Origin: Camelus dromedarius | Taxonomy: Eukaryota | NCBI RefSeq assembly: GCF_036321535.1 | Contig: NC_087437.1 | Location: 108,006,001 to 108,070,000 of the forward strand | Length of the DNA: 64,000 nucleotides | Direction of reading: 5' to 3' | In this document: positions 12,454 through 25,445 of the stretch, piece after piece | Layout: each line of letters opens with the position of its first letter | Position numbering within the stretch: the stretch's first letter is position 1 | Translations under genes and position numbers: made by a program | Notes under the pieces: model-generated | What the model was told of the DNA's origin: nothing | Databases searched by the model: none | What the model saw: only the letters and a program-made list of their open reading frames with translations

Positions 12454-13889
12454 CACATATTGATGTCTTAGTCAAAGTTCTTGCATTCAAACCGTGGAAA
12501 ACCACAGGAACCAACTCAATACAAAGGAGTATGCCAAGATTAAATAGTTATATAATTTGTTAGTTTTTAAACACATATATAGTGGACTATTTAAAATATA
12601 CTGTCAGCATTATCATAGTAAAAGTAAAAAAGTACATATTTCTAATCAGGTTCTGAACTAGTTCACTGTGTGTAGACTTTCAAAATAGCATTTGAGTATT
12701 TCTGTTATTTGCACTTTGTCATGCAAAGTGAATTACAATGTGGTATATTGTAAAGACTTTTTAAATGAATGTTTGAATTCTTTCCTTGAATTGAAGACAA
12801 TTCTTTAGAGGGAACATTTTGATCTGATTAATGCTATTCAAATTGAAAAGAAATAAATGATTTCATCACAGAATGATGGGGCACATGCAGGGTGACCTGA
12901 AGTCCCAAGAGGTGATAAGCTTGTGAGTATTTTTCACAGTGTTGCTAACAAGCAAGTGGCTTTTGAGGTCAAGAGCATGGTTTAAAAAAAAATCAAAACC
13001 CATCACATGTTCTCAAAAGAATGTTCATTTAAGATATTCAATCCTATGATACAATTTCACGTCAACTGTAGTTTTCAGATTCCAAAGATGTTAGAAGAAT
13101 AATCAATCTTTTAACCTGCAAATTCTAGTTGAAGTAGATATAGGTCTTCGGTATGAATAAAAATCATCACAAATAACAGAATGTTCTGGAATTCATTCCT
13201 TTAAAGAGTAATTTGCTCTTTCTGTTTCATTGAAGAGGAAGGATTTGGTGGTTAATTCCTATCTTGTTTTAATATATCTATCATAAAACCTGAAATAGTA
13301 GAAATATACATGAAGAAAGAAGTATATATTTTGAGTCCTGGTATGTGATTGGGACATATCCCAGGAAGTAAGCAGGAGAAAGTTAGAGTTGCTTTTGTTG
13401 TTATTTGCCACTGTTGTCTACTGTCAATATATTTATGGCCCAAACGGTCTGGAGTCAGAAAGAACTCCCTTAGAGAGGAAAGAGATGAAGGTGAGGAATG
13501 AAAGTTGAAGGAATCAGAGGGTAGAGAACCATGTGAAATGTCAATTATGAGAGAGCAAATACAATATCCATGTGACAAAACATCAGTCACTTCTATGGTC
13601 CTGGAGAATGAGCCCTAGAATTTACCACTATTATGAGCAGTACCTTGACACTTCTCACAAATGTACTTATTGGGTGAAATTTCATTATTACTTTCTATTT
13701 ACTTTTACATTCTGTGTACCAAATACTTTTGATTAATTGAAAATAAAAATAAAAATTGGTCCTGAAAATGATTTTTAATGGAGGAAGAAGAGACTTTTAT
13801 ATTTAAAGAGAAAGAAAGAGAAGCCCAAGAGCCAAAGGCAATGGGTAGTCCTTGCTTGGGACCTCATTAAGCTACTCAATGATCAAAAA

Positions 13890-14400
13890 AAAAAAAATAC
13901 TTTTGAGATAACTGGGGAAGTTTGAAAATGGAGTATATATTATATTAAGGAATTGTTTTAATTTGATCTTGCTTGATAATAACATTGAAATTATGCTAAG
14001 TCTGGATTTCTTAGAGATAAATACTAAAGTATGTATTAACAAAATTGAAGGGTGTTTGAGATTTGTTTTAAAATATTTCAGGAAAAAAATGGAACATGTA
14101 AAATATGATTTTAAAATATTGATGATTGTTGAAGATTAATAATGAGGTTTCCATAATTAAGATTGAAAAGCCAACATTGTATATTAAGTCACTTAGTAAG
14201 TTGAATATAAAATGTGTATGACTGATCAGGGACCCAGAATTAGGCATGGTTCTCTTGAGAAAGAGTGAGGTGAGAGGACTTGTGTTTCATAGTTCAGAAC
14301 TTATTGTAGAGCAATATTAATTCAGTCATTTAATAAGTATTTGTTGAATTACTTTCTAGGTTTTCTTATATAGCAGTGACAGTATAGTATTGGGGTAGAG
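13890..14400 (+). mobile_element. L1MC/L1ME fragments (3' UTR and ORF2 remnants)
   Basis: ttttgagataactggggaagtttgaaaatgga...ttagagataaatactaaagta...gagatttgttttaaaata is typical of L1MC4/5 3' ends. Confidence 0.6.
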
Positions 14401-14439
14401 ATAAGCTACTTGGTGACTGTATGTGGACTACATTGCAGC

Positions 14440-14610
14440 TCAGATCTGTATGATACAAGGCTGAAACTAAATCCTCAAATGGATCTGAAATTCAGATAGA
14501 TCTGAAACTGACAAGGTATCCACATTTCATTGGTTAACAGCATCACAGGCTAATCCAGGTTAGAGGAAATAGTCCACACCTTTTCATGAAAAGAGAGCCA
14601 TATTATTTAC
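14440..14610. mobile_element. MLT1 (ERVL-MaLR) LTR fragment
   Basis: cacatttcattggttaacagcatcacaggctaatccaggttagaggaaatagtccacacctttt resembles an MLT1J/K terminus. Confidence 0.5.
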
Positions 14611-14629
14611 AATGGTTTTTAAGTCACAG

Positions 14630-15100
14630 AATGTCCATAGCAGCATTGTTCATGACAACAATATGATAATTTAAATGTCCATTGTAGAGGAAAAAATATA
14701 GTTCACATAGTAGAGCACTGCATAACTGTAAAAATTCAGTGAAGGGACAATATCTTGATATCTTGATATTTTTCTTGATATCTCTTGATATGAATCTTAG
14801 GAATTTTGAATAGAAAACAAAAAAAGAGTCAAGAAATATTGCATAGAGTGTGTTACATTAACATATAACTCTATCCACAAATCTCGTAAGCAAATAAATC
14901 TAGCAAATATATCAGTAACTGATATATATGGAATTTCATATATATAATGGAATTTCAAGCAATAGTTGAGAAAAAGTTACATTTCTGAGGGAGATGTTAG
15001 CATATGACAGAGGAGGAATACTCAGAGCCAACAGTTTTGTATAAACTTCTAGCCCTTAAGACTGTTATTATGCCCATACATTAACTATATTATTTAGCAC
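14630..15100 (+). mobile_element. L1ME 3' end fragment, containing a short tcttgata tandem at ~14750-14790
   Basis: catagcagcattgttcatgacaac...aaatgtccattgtagagg resembles the L1 ORF2/3' UTR junction. Confidence 0.55.
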
Positions 15101-15359
15101 ATTACTGCTGCATCTAACAAAATGTTTTTATTCCTGAGATTGGAAAATACCCTCAGGCCAACCATGTGTTTGGAACTGGTTTATTATGGTGTCGCTCCTA
15201 GGAATTTTCTTTAAGTTCTTACCAGCAGTTATGCAATTATACAACTGTACATATATTTTAATCTAGGTTTTGCAGGTGTTTTATAAAAGGAGGGTTTTTC
15301 AGAATTACTGCTTGGCTGTATTCCTACAGGCAGATATTGGTTCTAGGCTCTCTGTGTCT

Positions 15360-15364
<5 letters not shown>

Positions 15365-15395
<31 letters not shown>
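15365..15395. repeat. (TG)15 microsatellite
   Basis: Read directly. Confidence 0.95.
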
Positions 15396-15399
<4 letters not shown>

Positions 15400-15639
15400 T
15401 TGCCCTTCCCTTGAGCTTATACAAGTTGTGTATGAGCCTCCTAGATCTGTCAGCTATCAGAGGAGTCTCCCCACTAGGACGGGTTTGAAAACATGTGGAG
15501 AGGTTTCACGTTATTACAGCCACAGCCATCCCAAGCCTCTGAACATCAGTGATAAATGTTCAGCAATTAACAAAGAATACTTCATCCAAAAAGTAAATAT
15601 TGAAAAACACTCCCTAGATTGATGATATGTCTCTTAGTT

Positions 15640-16800
15640 AACCTTTCTCTTATTTACTTTTCCTCCCTACCTCCTTTTTCCTGGGAAAATTTTCTCTACT
15701 TTTTTTTTTCATATTTATCTATTGGTTCTTCTTTTTAATTTTAGCAATTATATATTTAATTTCCAAGAGCTTTTACTTTGATCATCCCTTTTGTGACATT
15801 CTGTTCTTATTATTTGGCAGCAATAATTTCTCCCCTGACTTCCATTATTTTAAGTTTATTTTGTTTACTGAGCTATCTCTGGGTAATTTGGATGAACTGT
15901 CCTGTGTCTATATCTTGGTCTTTCTGTTTCATGCTCTTTATGTCCCTGTGATCTTTTGTTGAAGATTCTTTTTTTTTTTTTTTTTTTGCTCACTTCTGGA
16001 TAGATATTATTGTACGTTTTCTGCCAAGTCCTTCCTTAAATGGGAACTCTGGCTTGCTGCTCAGATGTACTTACTGGACAGGACATGGACTGCTAATTAA
16101 TGGGTTTTGCTTTTAAATAACAAATTTGAAGAGCAAATCTAAGGTTGTGCAGCATCTTAAAACTAAAAGAGGAAGATGTGTATCAGTGGTACTCATATCC
16201 ATTGTAAGCATCCTCCAATTTGTTGGTTTACTTTCTTTGGAAGAGACGACTATGACTCTATTTCTTTTCTTTGAATTTCTAGCTACTTTTATGAAGGTAG
16301 ATCAAGTTTGACATGTGCTTTTTCATGATACAAATTCACCTGGCTAAGAAGGCAAGCTGGGCTGAATTGTAGTCCAACAAGACTTGGAAATAAATACATA
16401 TATATATATATATATTTTTTCCCCCCAGCCCTCAAAAAAGATGCCTCCTGGTCAGCAGAACCATGGTGAAATTGTTTCTTACACAGTCCTTCAATTAATC
16501 TTCACGATTGTAGATATTCTATTTTTTTAATCTTCTTGAGTCTGGGAGACATTTAGTCAAAGAAGACTGGCCTCCATCTGCACTGGTTTCCTCCTCTATT
16601 ACTTGAGGCTTCAGCCATCTCTGCTTAGCTTCCTTAATTTATGTGCTCTCATTATCCACCACAATGTTTTTTTTTAAATCTTTCAAAAACGAGTGATTCT
16701 CCCTCCTTTTCTTCTTGTCTTCAGTATTTGTGTTACCCAAGGCTCTGTGATGAATTTGTGCACATTTCATCCTCCTTTACAATGGGTTTTGTGTACACAT
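15640..16800 (-). mobile_element. Ancient L1ME/HAL1-like 5'/ORF1 remnant
   Basis: T-rich ttttaattttagcaattatatatttaatttccaagagct is typical of antisense L1ME ORF1. Confidence 0.45.
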
Positions 16801-17514
16801 TTTCAGAATTACAACCGTGAGAATATTGAAGCCAGAGTAATAGGTTGCAAATCTGGTGAGTCACAATCCACATTGTTTTCAAATTATTTATTTAAAATTT
16901 ATGTTGACTTTGAATTATTGGAAATTCCAATCAAAAAGAAAAAAGGGGAATATAACCTATTATTTTGGTTTCTTTGAATGTATATTAAAGATAGAAAAGT
17001 GAATATCCAGAAGATTAAATATTTTAATTTCAGCAGAGTGTTTTCTTGGGACTTTGGGAGCCCTGTAATGTCTCTTGGAGTTCAAAAAGCTCTTACATAA
17101 CAACATTTTGATGACTTTAAGAGTAAACAAACATAAATAAAAAACATAAGGATTAAATTTTATTTGACACACACGTGAAAGTTTTGAGGAAAAACATGTT
17201 TGGCACATGTGCTCTGGACTCAGCAAAATAGAAACTATGGTAAGACTGTCCCCAATTAGTTCACACAACTCACAAAATTTACAATAAAAAGGTTTCCTAA
17301 TTTAAAAAGGCAGATAGTATTAGTGTAATAATATCAAATCGATGTAACTTAGTTGTTTGCCTGGGAACAGAGCATCTTAACAAGTTGAATTTCATTCATC
17401 AGCTCAATAATAATGTTTACTTAGTATAGTTAAATATAGATACACATTTTTCTTCTAAAATTGTAAACTCATCTAAAATTAGATAACACTTGTCAATGTT
17501 AGTAAATATTTCTG

Positions 17515-17538
17515 CACACACACACACACACACACACA
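17515..17538. repeat. (CA)12 microsatellite
   Basis: Read directly. Confidence 0.95.
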
Positions 17539-18414
17539 AAAGAGGGTGAGAGTTTTGTTTAAAAGTCTTCCCACTGCTTAGAATTAATCCTTGGCAAGAT
17601 ACTACCCATGTGTACATATGTTTATAACAAGTCTATTTGCCTGGTAGGACAGTCACACAGACTGTAATATGTTATTGACAGACCCAGATGCTCTAGGGAC
17701 AATATGAGTACTACAATTATTCAGAATTTGAAAGAGAATGAAAGATTTGATATCAAACGTGAACTTCATTGTAATTAAATGTAAGGACAGAATTTAAAGC
17801 CAAAATATATTTCAATTCTCTTAGTTTCCAATGCAAAATAGAAGAGGCAGATGGATACCATCACATAAGAACAATTTCAACCAGAATGTTCTTAACTGGA
17901 AAGTTAATGATAATAAATAAAATTTAATTTAAACAACCAAGTGGAACTGAATGTTCTGCCAGAAGCAGCAAAAATATATCTCAGGGTAATAAACTATATC
18001 TTCAGGACAGTTTCCAAAGAAATAATCATCTTAATTCTCTCAGCAGATGATATCCATATTTTAGTAAAGGATTTTTAACATGAAGGTCATACTCTGTAAC
18101 TGCTAATGAACCAGGTATTTTTGTGTGTAAGGTACATCCAGAATATTTGCTATTGTTTATTTGTATTTATTTTTATTTTATTTTTTATTTTTTTTAATGA
18201 AGGTAACTTTGGAGAACGAAATTAGAAAACAGACGTTTAGGACCAAACACATTAAGTCCAGTTCACTTCAAGACAGCAGAATGGATTCAGGATCTTTTTC
18301 AAAATGAAGAATCTATTCTTGTAATTATTGTTAAGCTCCCAAAACAAGACCTAATAATCTGCTCTGCAAAGACCAGTTATAGCCTTTAGATTGGATACAT
18401 GTCATAGAGCAGAG

Positions 18415-18685
18415 ATGACTAAATGCTGCTCACATTAGAATTTCTTTGAGAAGGGGTAGGTTATAGCTCAGTGGTAGAGTACGTGCTTAGCAGGCACAAG
18501 GTCCTAGATTCAATCCCTAGTACTTTCATTAAATCAATCAATCAATAAGTAAATAAATAAACCTAATTACCTCCCCCCACACACACAAAAAAGAAAAATT
18601 AGAGTTAGTTGAGAAACTTTTTAAAAATACAAATTCCTGAGAACAGGCCCAGACATGATGAATCAGAATTTCTTGTGTTGGGTGC
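18415..18685. mobile_element. MER5-type hAT-Charlie MITE interrupted by a SINE
   Basis: ctgctcacattagaat...gagaaactttttaaaaatacaaattcctg...cccagac...gaatcagaatttct matches MER5A/B on both sides of the SINE. Confidence 0.65.
18453..18597 (+). mobile_element. Vic-1-type camelid SINE
   Basis: ggggtaggttatagctcagtggtagagtacgtgcttagcaggcacaaggtcctagattcaatccctagtac plus tail aataaacctaattacctcccccc; degenerate TSD ttagaatttctttgagaa/ttagagttagttgagaa. Confidence 0.9.
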
Positions 18686-18939
18686 TACTGCCTTGTAAGA
18701 CCCAGAAAGGAAGAACCTCTCCCATGACTGCTCTGCAGGATCTTCTCTGATAACTGAAGATGGCTGGGACAGGAGTGGCCCCAAGGAGCATCATATTACA
18801 TCACCAGGGTGCATGCCTGTTCCTCATTGTCCTGTCCTGCCTTAACTTTACCTGGTACCACTCCACAGTCACTATGCTTGTAGAAGATGATGCATGAGTG
18901 TAGAAACCATTCACAGAGTGTGAAGGGAAAGAAGTAATG

Positions 18940-19140
18940 TACACAGAGAATGCATTACATGCTAGACATTGCATTTTACACATCGTATAATTTAAACCTC
19001 TCACCACTCCCTCTAGGAGTGTATGACCATTATTATTCAAGTTGTACTGGTGAGGCTGTCAATAGAAAAAAAAGTGGGACATTCGATCTAGGTCACAAGA
19101 CATGCAGGTGGCAGAAATAAAGTTCCAGTTCAGCTCCAGT
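18940..19140 (-). mobile_element. MIR SINE
   Basis: atttaaacctctcaccactccctctaggagtg...ctaggtcacaagacatgcaggtggcagaa. Confidence 0.65.
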
Positions 19141-20834
19141 TCTTTGGAAACAACATGACAGACAGAATCCTTTTATCCTTCATTCTCCAGAATATGAATA
19201 TACAGTAAAATATAATGGAACTTCATTTCTCAGTAACACTTAAAAGGAGACAAGTATGTCTTTTCTGATAAATCTAGGAATCTAAAATTTGTGACCACCA
19301 GTTTGAGAGATTATCATGATGCCACAGAGTGCCTAAATTCCATCTGATATAGTTTAACGTTTAGGAAATGTATAATCAATAGGTCAACTGTCTGATTTCA
19401 TTATATAAATTTATAGTTATATGATATTTATCATATTGAATTAATTTAATATCTACTTTTATTAGCTTACAGCTTATTTCAAGAGAGCAAAGTGCTTCAT
19501 TTATTGAAGAAAATTAACAAAACAAAGTTTGTTTAAAGAAAATTGAATATTGCAAAGTTGTAAAATCTATAATTCTAGTTGTTGCCTTCATTTTCTTCTC
19601 TAAATGTGATTTTTATTAGAGAGCTTGTAAAAAGTATTCAGAAATAGAAGCCATTCACTTTATTTGCATGTACAACCAGGTAGAGGGCAAAATGGCCCAG
19701 TACTTCCATGCACAGCCATCTGTGACTAACTTTAGCAGTATGGTAATCATGGCACTTCACATAAAAAGAAAGTATTCCTGTCCAATGTTTTAATTGATTC
19801 TTTCAAAAAATGTCTATTTCTCACCTACCTTGTGCTGGGAATTTGAAATTGAACATACGGTTCTTGGAACAAGATTAGAGATCAACTTCCCAGTCTATAG
19901 ACTGGATATTCTGCAAGGTCCTTAAAGAAACAATCAGGTCTCATTTCTTGGAGATTTTATCTCCCCAATGACAGTATTTGACATGTAATAATGGCTTTTC
20001 TAATGAATAAGCAATTGTATTGCATGGACTCTTCTTGGAATGGTGATTTTTGTTTTTCCCTTTATACATTTCTATACATTCCTCTGTCTTGCCCCCTACC
20101 CAGACCAAGTGGCATGTCACTTTCCCTTTCAAATGAGTCAATTGAATGAGATGTCACTTTGAAAAATATCCTTGAAGACACATTAGAACGTTATTTCTTT
20201 TTCAATGTGGATATCACAAAAAAATTTAAAAAAGGGAGTCTGAGAAGCCCGGGGTCCCCAGATGATCATGAGGAGCAGACACTGTGAAATACCTACACGC
20301 CTTACTCTCCCTGGGGGGAGACGAGCACATCACCAGAGGCAGATGCAGATGTGCTCTCAGTTGTTGCTCAGTTGTTTTTGACATTTGTGTGGAATACACA
20401 TGCACCCAATAAAATAAACACAAGTCTGCTCTTTACAGCAAGAAACACCTGGCTTTGTGGGAAGTTAGAAGGCCACACCGTGCCTCAGAAAATGCCTAAA
20501 AGTAAATGTAACAGCATGACATTCGACACTAAAATCCCTTCATCTTGAACTCTAAATTAAGTTACCATTTCAATTAGCATGCAAGTAATAGTCATCTGCC
20601 TAAGCTTTCCCCAAACCCTTAATCCTAGAAAGAAATAGTCTCATGCCCCACAAGTACCTGATTTAACAGTTCTCCTTCACAGACGAGAAGGCAAGAGGAC
20701 AAAGGAAGCTGACATCTACCGAGCACTTAGCATGTTCCAGGCATCATGCATGATGTTTCGTTTAGATCATCTGCTTCCCTGTTGTCACAAATGGACAAAT
20801 GACAAGTGGAGAACAAATAATAGTATAGTTTTCA

Positions 20835-20905
20835 ACAAATCTATTCTAATAATTCTATTCTAATCTAATAGATTCTAATAAATGTATTCTAACAAATCTA
20901 GTAAT
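20835..20905. repeat. Degenerate tandem repeat of tattctaa(t/c)aa
   Basis: About five imperfect copies read directly. Confidence 0.7.
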
Positions 20906-22264
20906 TCATAGTTAACATCTGCTGTGGACATTTGTCATCTACCAGACTAGGATAAGATGAAGCAAAAAATAAGATAAAAAAATAGCAAAACATCTTTTTC
21001 TTTTACTTACTACTGGAAGTTCTATCATTTGTGTCCTAAACCCACCAAAGCCCTCTTTCGGATTAAAAGGATGAGTATCCAGAGTATTTGATATAACATG
21101 TACATAAATTAAGCCATGATAAATTTAAGAAAATTCTATTTCAGATTCTTTGAATTAGATGTCCGTTGTTGTCATTCTTTGTCAAATTTATCTGGAGAAA
21201 TACACTTGAGGCATAGGAATCTATGAGGTAATAAAACAGAGGATGGAAAACCCTAACCTGACCTTCCAACAAAAGAGTCCTTTGAAAATAAGTAAGTGAT
21301 TTTCTTCCTTCTCTTGGCAATGCCATTTCATTCTAAGAATTTCCTATTCACTCCTTGACCTTTCAAATGAGGTCATCACCAAAGGAAATGTCCTATTTCA
21401 AGAGTAACTGCTGACTTTAGAGATCTTAGGGAGTTTCAGAGTATAGACCTTGTTAGAGCCTGTTCTGGAGGGAAAAAGTAAGCAAAAACTATTTACCAAT
21501 GAAATCATTTGCCACTGAATTTCAAAGCACTTGTGTGTTTCATGAACTTATAGCTGTGTTCTATAGAACTGAACAATATATAATTCTAGCATTTCAAAAT
21601 ATTTCTTAATTGCTTATATCTTAACATAATACTTTGATGATTATGGGTTGTCACCTATTAATAAAGTTATATCTGTTTTAGAAACTTAAGGTTATAAAAG
21701 CAAAAAAAAAAGTTGAACTGAAAAAACAAATTTTGTTAAATAAAACACATCAATACCATTCACTGTATGGCTTCATCAAATTCAAACAAGACACTTATTT
21801 TGTATAAATTTATTTAGTGTACAAAATATTTTATTTGAAACTTATAGGAAAAATATATATATCTTATGGTAATTTGCAACAATCATATAAAATTAGCTAT
21901 AGTGTTAAAATTGCCATTAAGTAATTTTACTTTTTTAATGATTTTCATCTGATTATGGTATCCGAGGTTTAATTAAGACAGGAATTTAGTGAAATATATT
22001 TTCCTTGTAAAGCATAGCAAATGAACTAAATATGTAAATAAATGACTAAACATAAGACACTCTTGTCAAATTAAGTAAATACAAACTATGAAAAAAGTAG
22101 TTGCAAAGATTTTAAATCAAGAAATTGAGTTGAGGAAGTAAGTATTTTTTAATGGCATCAATTCATTTGCCCTGATAAGTCAGGACTACTATGAACATCA
22201 TTGTCACATGATTGGTTAATATTTAAAATAACAGATATTGAATGTGGTTATAAACATTTCTGAG

Positions 22265-22390
22265 GCCATCTTAGGTCAAGATCTCTCAGAAGTAGACCCT
22301 GAGCTTAGGATTTGAGAACAAGTGATTTTACTAAGAAACTTCTCCCAGGAGAACCAGTCAGGAAGTATAGGAAAGAAGAAAGGAAGAAAC
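22265..22390 (-). mobile_element. ERVL LTR fragment (LTR16/LTR33 class)
   Basis: cttaggtcaagatctctcagaagtagaccctgagcttaggatttgagaacaagtgattttact. Confidence 0.5.
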
Positions 22391-22963
22391 AATGCCTTTG
22401 CTCTTGGTTTTTATTTAAGAAATGTAAATTGACATTCTGGAAAGTCATCAAAAACATTTGCTTACAATTTATTTTTTCACAGTAGCCTTTTGCAAAAATG
22501 TCTTGTAATTTGTAGGAATTCTGATTTAACCCTTGGACATCTTTGTATGCTATTTTTCATCCCCTGTGTTTTTCCAGGCAATGTTAGCTGAACATTACCC
22601 AGACGGTGTTCCAAGCTGTATCAAGTACAATCAATATGTTTGTGAAAACAAGGCAAAACAAAGCAAATATGTAAAATTTATGATTTGTTAAGGTCTGTGT
22701 GGTTCTTTTTTCCTCAGTGGGTTCACCATTAACATAGGATTTATTCAGTCAAATGCTGTAATACTTCACTTAAGAATGGCATTGTCATGAAAATAAGATT
22801 GGGGAAAGTTTAGCTTGGTTTAACTCAACTAAGTCACTAAACAGAAATTATTCAAGTGTCGTTGCTAAATTCCAATGAATATACTATTCAATATAATGCC
22901 TTTCTCTGCTATTACGCTTCCATATTTCTTTTTCTTAATATCCCAGAGTTTTAAGAATAGCCT

Positions 22964-24085
22964 TGTGAATGAAAAGTACTGCAAACCATATCAGTAAACA
23001 AAGAACGCTGAAACCATCAAGTCATCAGCGGCTGCCGCCATCCCCCAGTGAAGACAAGCCTGCAGCTCGGCCTCTGCAGCCACTCACAATGGTGCACCCT
23101 GAGGGGACTCAGAATAAGAAAGGACAGGATACTGGCCCTAGAGAGCTAGGTGCTTGTCAAAGGAATGAATTCAATGAGCCCAAATGTTTGCTTCCTCCCA
23201 TACATTTAAAAGCACTAAATTCTTTAACCTCAAATGCCTGTTTTTTCTTTAGTTAACAAGTAATCTTTTAATGTTCCAATTACCTGGTCTTTGTTGTAAA
23301 GCTCCTATATAACCTGGCTCCTCTCCTACCTCTTCGGAGCAGTCCCTCAGAGCCTTCTGAGAGAGGCTGTTATCCCGGGCTCGAAGTGGTGCAGCAAAAC
23401 AGATGTGAGGGGTGAGGAGTCCTAGGTCTTGGCTGAGCCCCTGGGACGTGCCCCGCCAAGTGTGGGTCCTTGGCTTCGCGCAGGAAAGAATTCGAGTGTG
23501 AGCCACTGTTGAGTAAAGGTAGATTTATTTAGAGAGATACATACTGCATAGAGTGTAAGGCAAGAGAAAGGCAAGGAAAGAGGTGTGGGAATTGGGTGCT
23601 CAGGTTAAAGTAAAAGTAGGTACACGCTCCACAGACAGAGTGCGGGCTGTCTCCAAAGAGGGGAGAAAGCACAAAGGCCCCTAGGCGTGGTGTTGTCACT
23701 TTTTATGGGCTCAGTAGCTTCACACGCCTACAGGTGGGATCAATCCAACTGCCCTGGGGAAGGGGCTGGGATTCCCAGGGATTGGGCCACTGCCCATTCT
23801 TTGGCCTTGGGGCTGTCATGGCGCCTGTGGGCGTGTTATTTGATCACGCTTTTACAATGAGCATATAATGAAGCTTAAGGTCTACTAGAAGTTAAACCTC
23901 TTAATCCTCAAGGCCAAGTAGGAGATGAATCTTCTACCATTTTGGTGTTAAATTTCTGTCATTCCTTGAGTGGCTGTGCCCTGCCCTCTTCCCTCCTGTC
24001 TCAGAAGGGGTTCAAGTCCTCAGAAATGTCCACCAAATAAAACATAACTCTTGACTTTTAGGCTGTGCATTGATTTCAGTTGACA
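22964..24085 (+). mobile_element. ERV1-type solo LTR 'A' (~500 bp), interrupted by a nested LTR
   Basis: tgtgaatg...gttgaca termini, perfect TSD GCCT (22960-22963 and 24086-24089), TATATAA at 23306, AATAAA at 24036. Confidence 0.92.
23387..24003 (-). mobile_element. ERV1-type solo LTR nested in LTR A
   Basis: Minus strand reads tgagacaggagg...gctgcacca; perfect TSD GAAG (23383-23386 and 24004-24007); minus-strand AATAAA at 23524-23529. Confidence 0.92.
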
Positions 24086-24389
24086 GCCTCATAGTTGCAA
24101 TAGGATATGTTCTGGGAAAAACCTAACTAACCACCCTCTGTGCCTCTTCTATGCTACCTGATACTGGTAATAAAGAAGAGCAGTCAGATCGTTCATCATT
24201 TCATCAAAATAAAGAGAAAAATAGAAGAATTAGGTTAATTCAGTGAAATTCAATAGGTTTTTACTTGGTCTTCTTTAGCACTATGACTGACAAATTAATC
24301 CTTCTGATATTTACAATGTCTGTGTATTTTGATTGATTACTGATTATATGTATCTCCTTGACTTGACAGAGAGTTTAAAGGATAGATAT

Positions 24390-25445
24390 TGTTGACTGAA
24401 ATAAATGTGCAACCTGAAAGTAGAGAGTTATGTTTTATCTGGCAGGAGTACTAAACCTGGGATGACAGCCTCTCGGATCACTCTGAGGGACATCTCCAAA
24501 GAGGTAAAGGAGGCGCTAGGCTATATAGGAGCTTTACAACAAAGATCAGGTAGTTGGAACAGTAAAAGATTACTTGTTATCTAAAGAAAACCAGGCATCT
24601 CAAGTTAAAGAATTTAGCGCTTTTCTATGTATGGGAGGAAGCAAACATTTGGGCTCATTGAATTCATTCCTTTGACAAGCACCTAGCTATCTAAGGCCAG
24701 TATCCTGTCCTTTCTTATTCTGAGTCCCCTCAGGGTGCACCACTGTGAGTGGCTGCAGAGGCCGGGCTGCAGGCTTGTCTTCACTGGGGGGTGGCGGCAG
24801 CCGCTGGTGACTTGATGGTTTCAGCATTATTTGTTTACTCATATTGAAGGAGGATTAATAAAACGGCCACACTTGGGCTAACAGATTGCTTATTCTTATG
24901 CTTGCCCTTAACGGTCAACTGACTGGTTGCTACTCACAGCTCCAGGCCCATTGTTAAAACTAAAGCTATTGATCTTACTGTGTCTACTTTACTCCAGTCA
25001 TTGAAAGTAATAATCATGCTTGTTCTCTGAGTCCTTCTCCAAGGAGTTCACAGGACTGTAACCTTACAAAATAGCCTGAATTACCAAGAAGACCACACCT
25101 AGAGTGCTTACGAGATAAAGAGATCTAACTGCTGGCCTCTATAGAATTGGTCGCCTGGAGGCATCATGTCGCCATTCTAAGTCTTCTGATGAGAAAATGA
25201 TTCTGTTGCTTCTTATGGACGCTTTATTGTTTGAGCTCTGGCTATATAACCACCCCACCCCGTTCCCAAGGTGGGTTCACAGTTTTGAAGGCACTAGCCT
25301 GCTCTGAGTCTCCTTTGCCCGGCAAAGCAATAAAATTACCTCTGTTCTTCTAAGCTCCAAGACATTGTCTCTGGGTTATTTAATTCATCAGGAACAGTGG
25401 CCGATCTTTTGGCAACAATATGGTTTGCAGTATTTTTCGTTCACA
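24390..25445 (-). mobile_element. ERV1-type solo LTR 'B' (same family as A), inverted and interrupted by a nested LTR
   Basis: Reverse complement aligns to LTR A at roughly 90% by eye; TSD atat/atgt. Confidence 0.92.
24845..25417 (+). mobile_element. ERV1-type solo LTR nested in LTR B
   Basis: tgaaggagg...ttttggcaaca termini, perfect TSD ATAT (24841-24844 and 25418-25421), TATATAA at 25243, AATAAA at 25329. Confidence 0.92.

Noticed and set aside
21145..21291. Exon-like segment with a |gtaagt donor
   Set aside because: Short pyrimidine tract, two competing donors and in-frame stops; indistinguishable from a chance pseudo-exon
22969..23506. ORFs of 95 aa and 85 aa
   Set aside because: Within LTR sequence; no gag, pol or env similarity
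22964..25445. Full-length provirus bounded by LTRs A and B
   Set aside because: The LTRs are inverted rather than direct, each has its own TSD, and the 304-bp spacer shows no primer-binding site or internal genes
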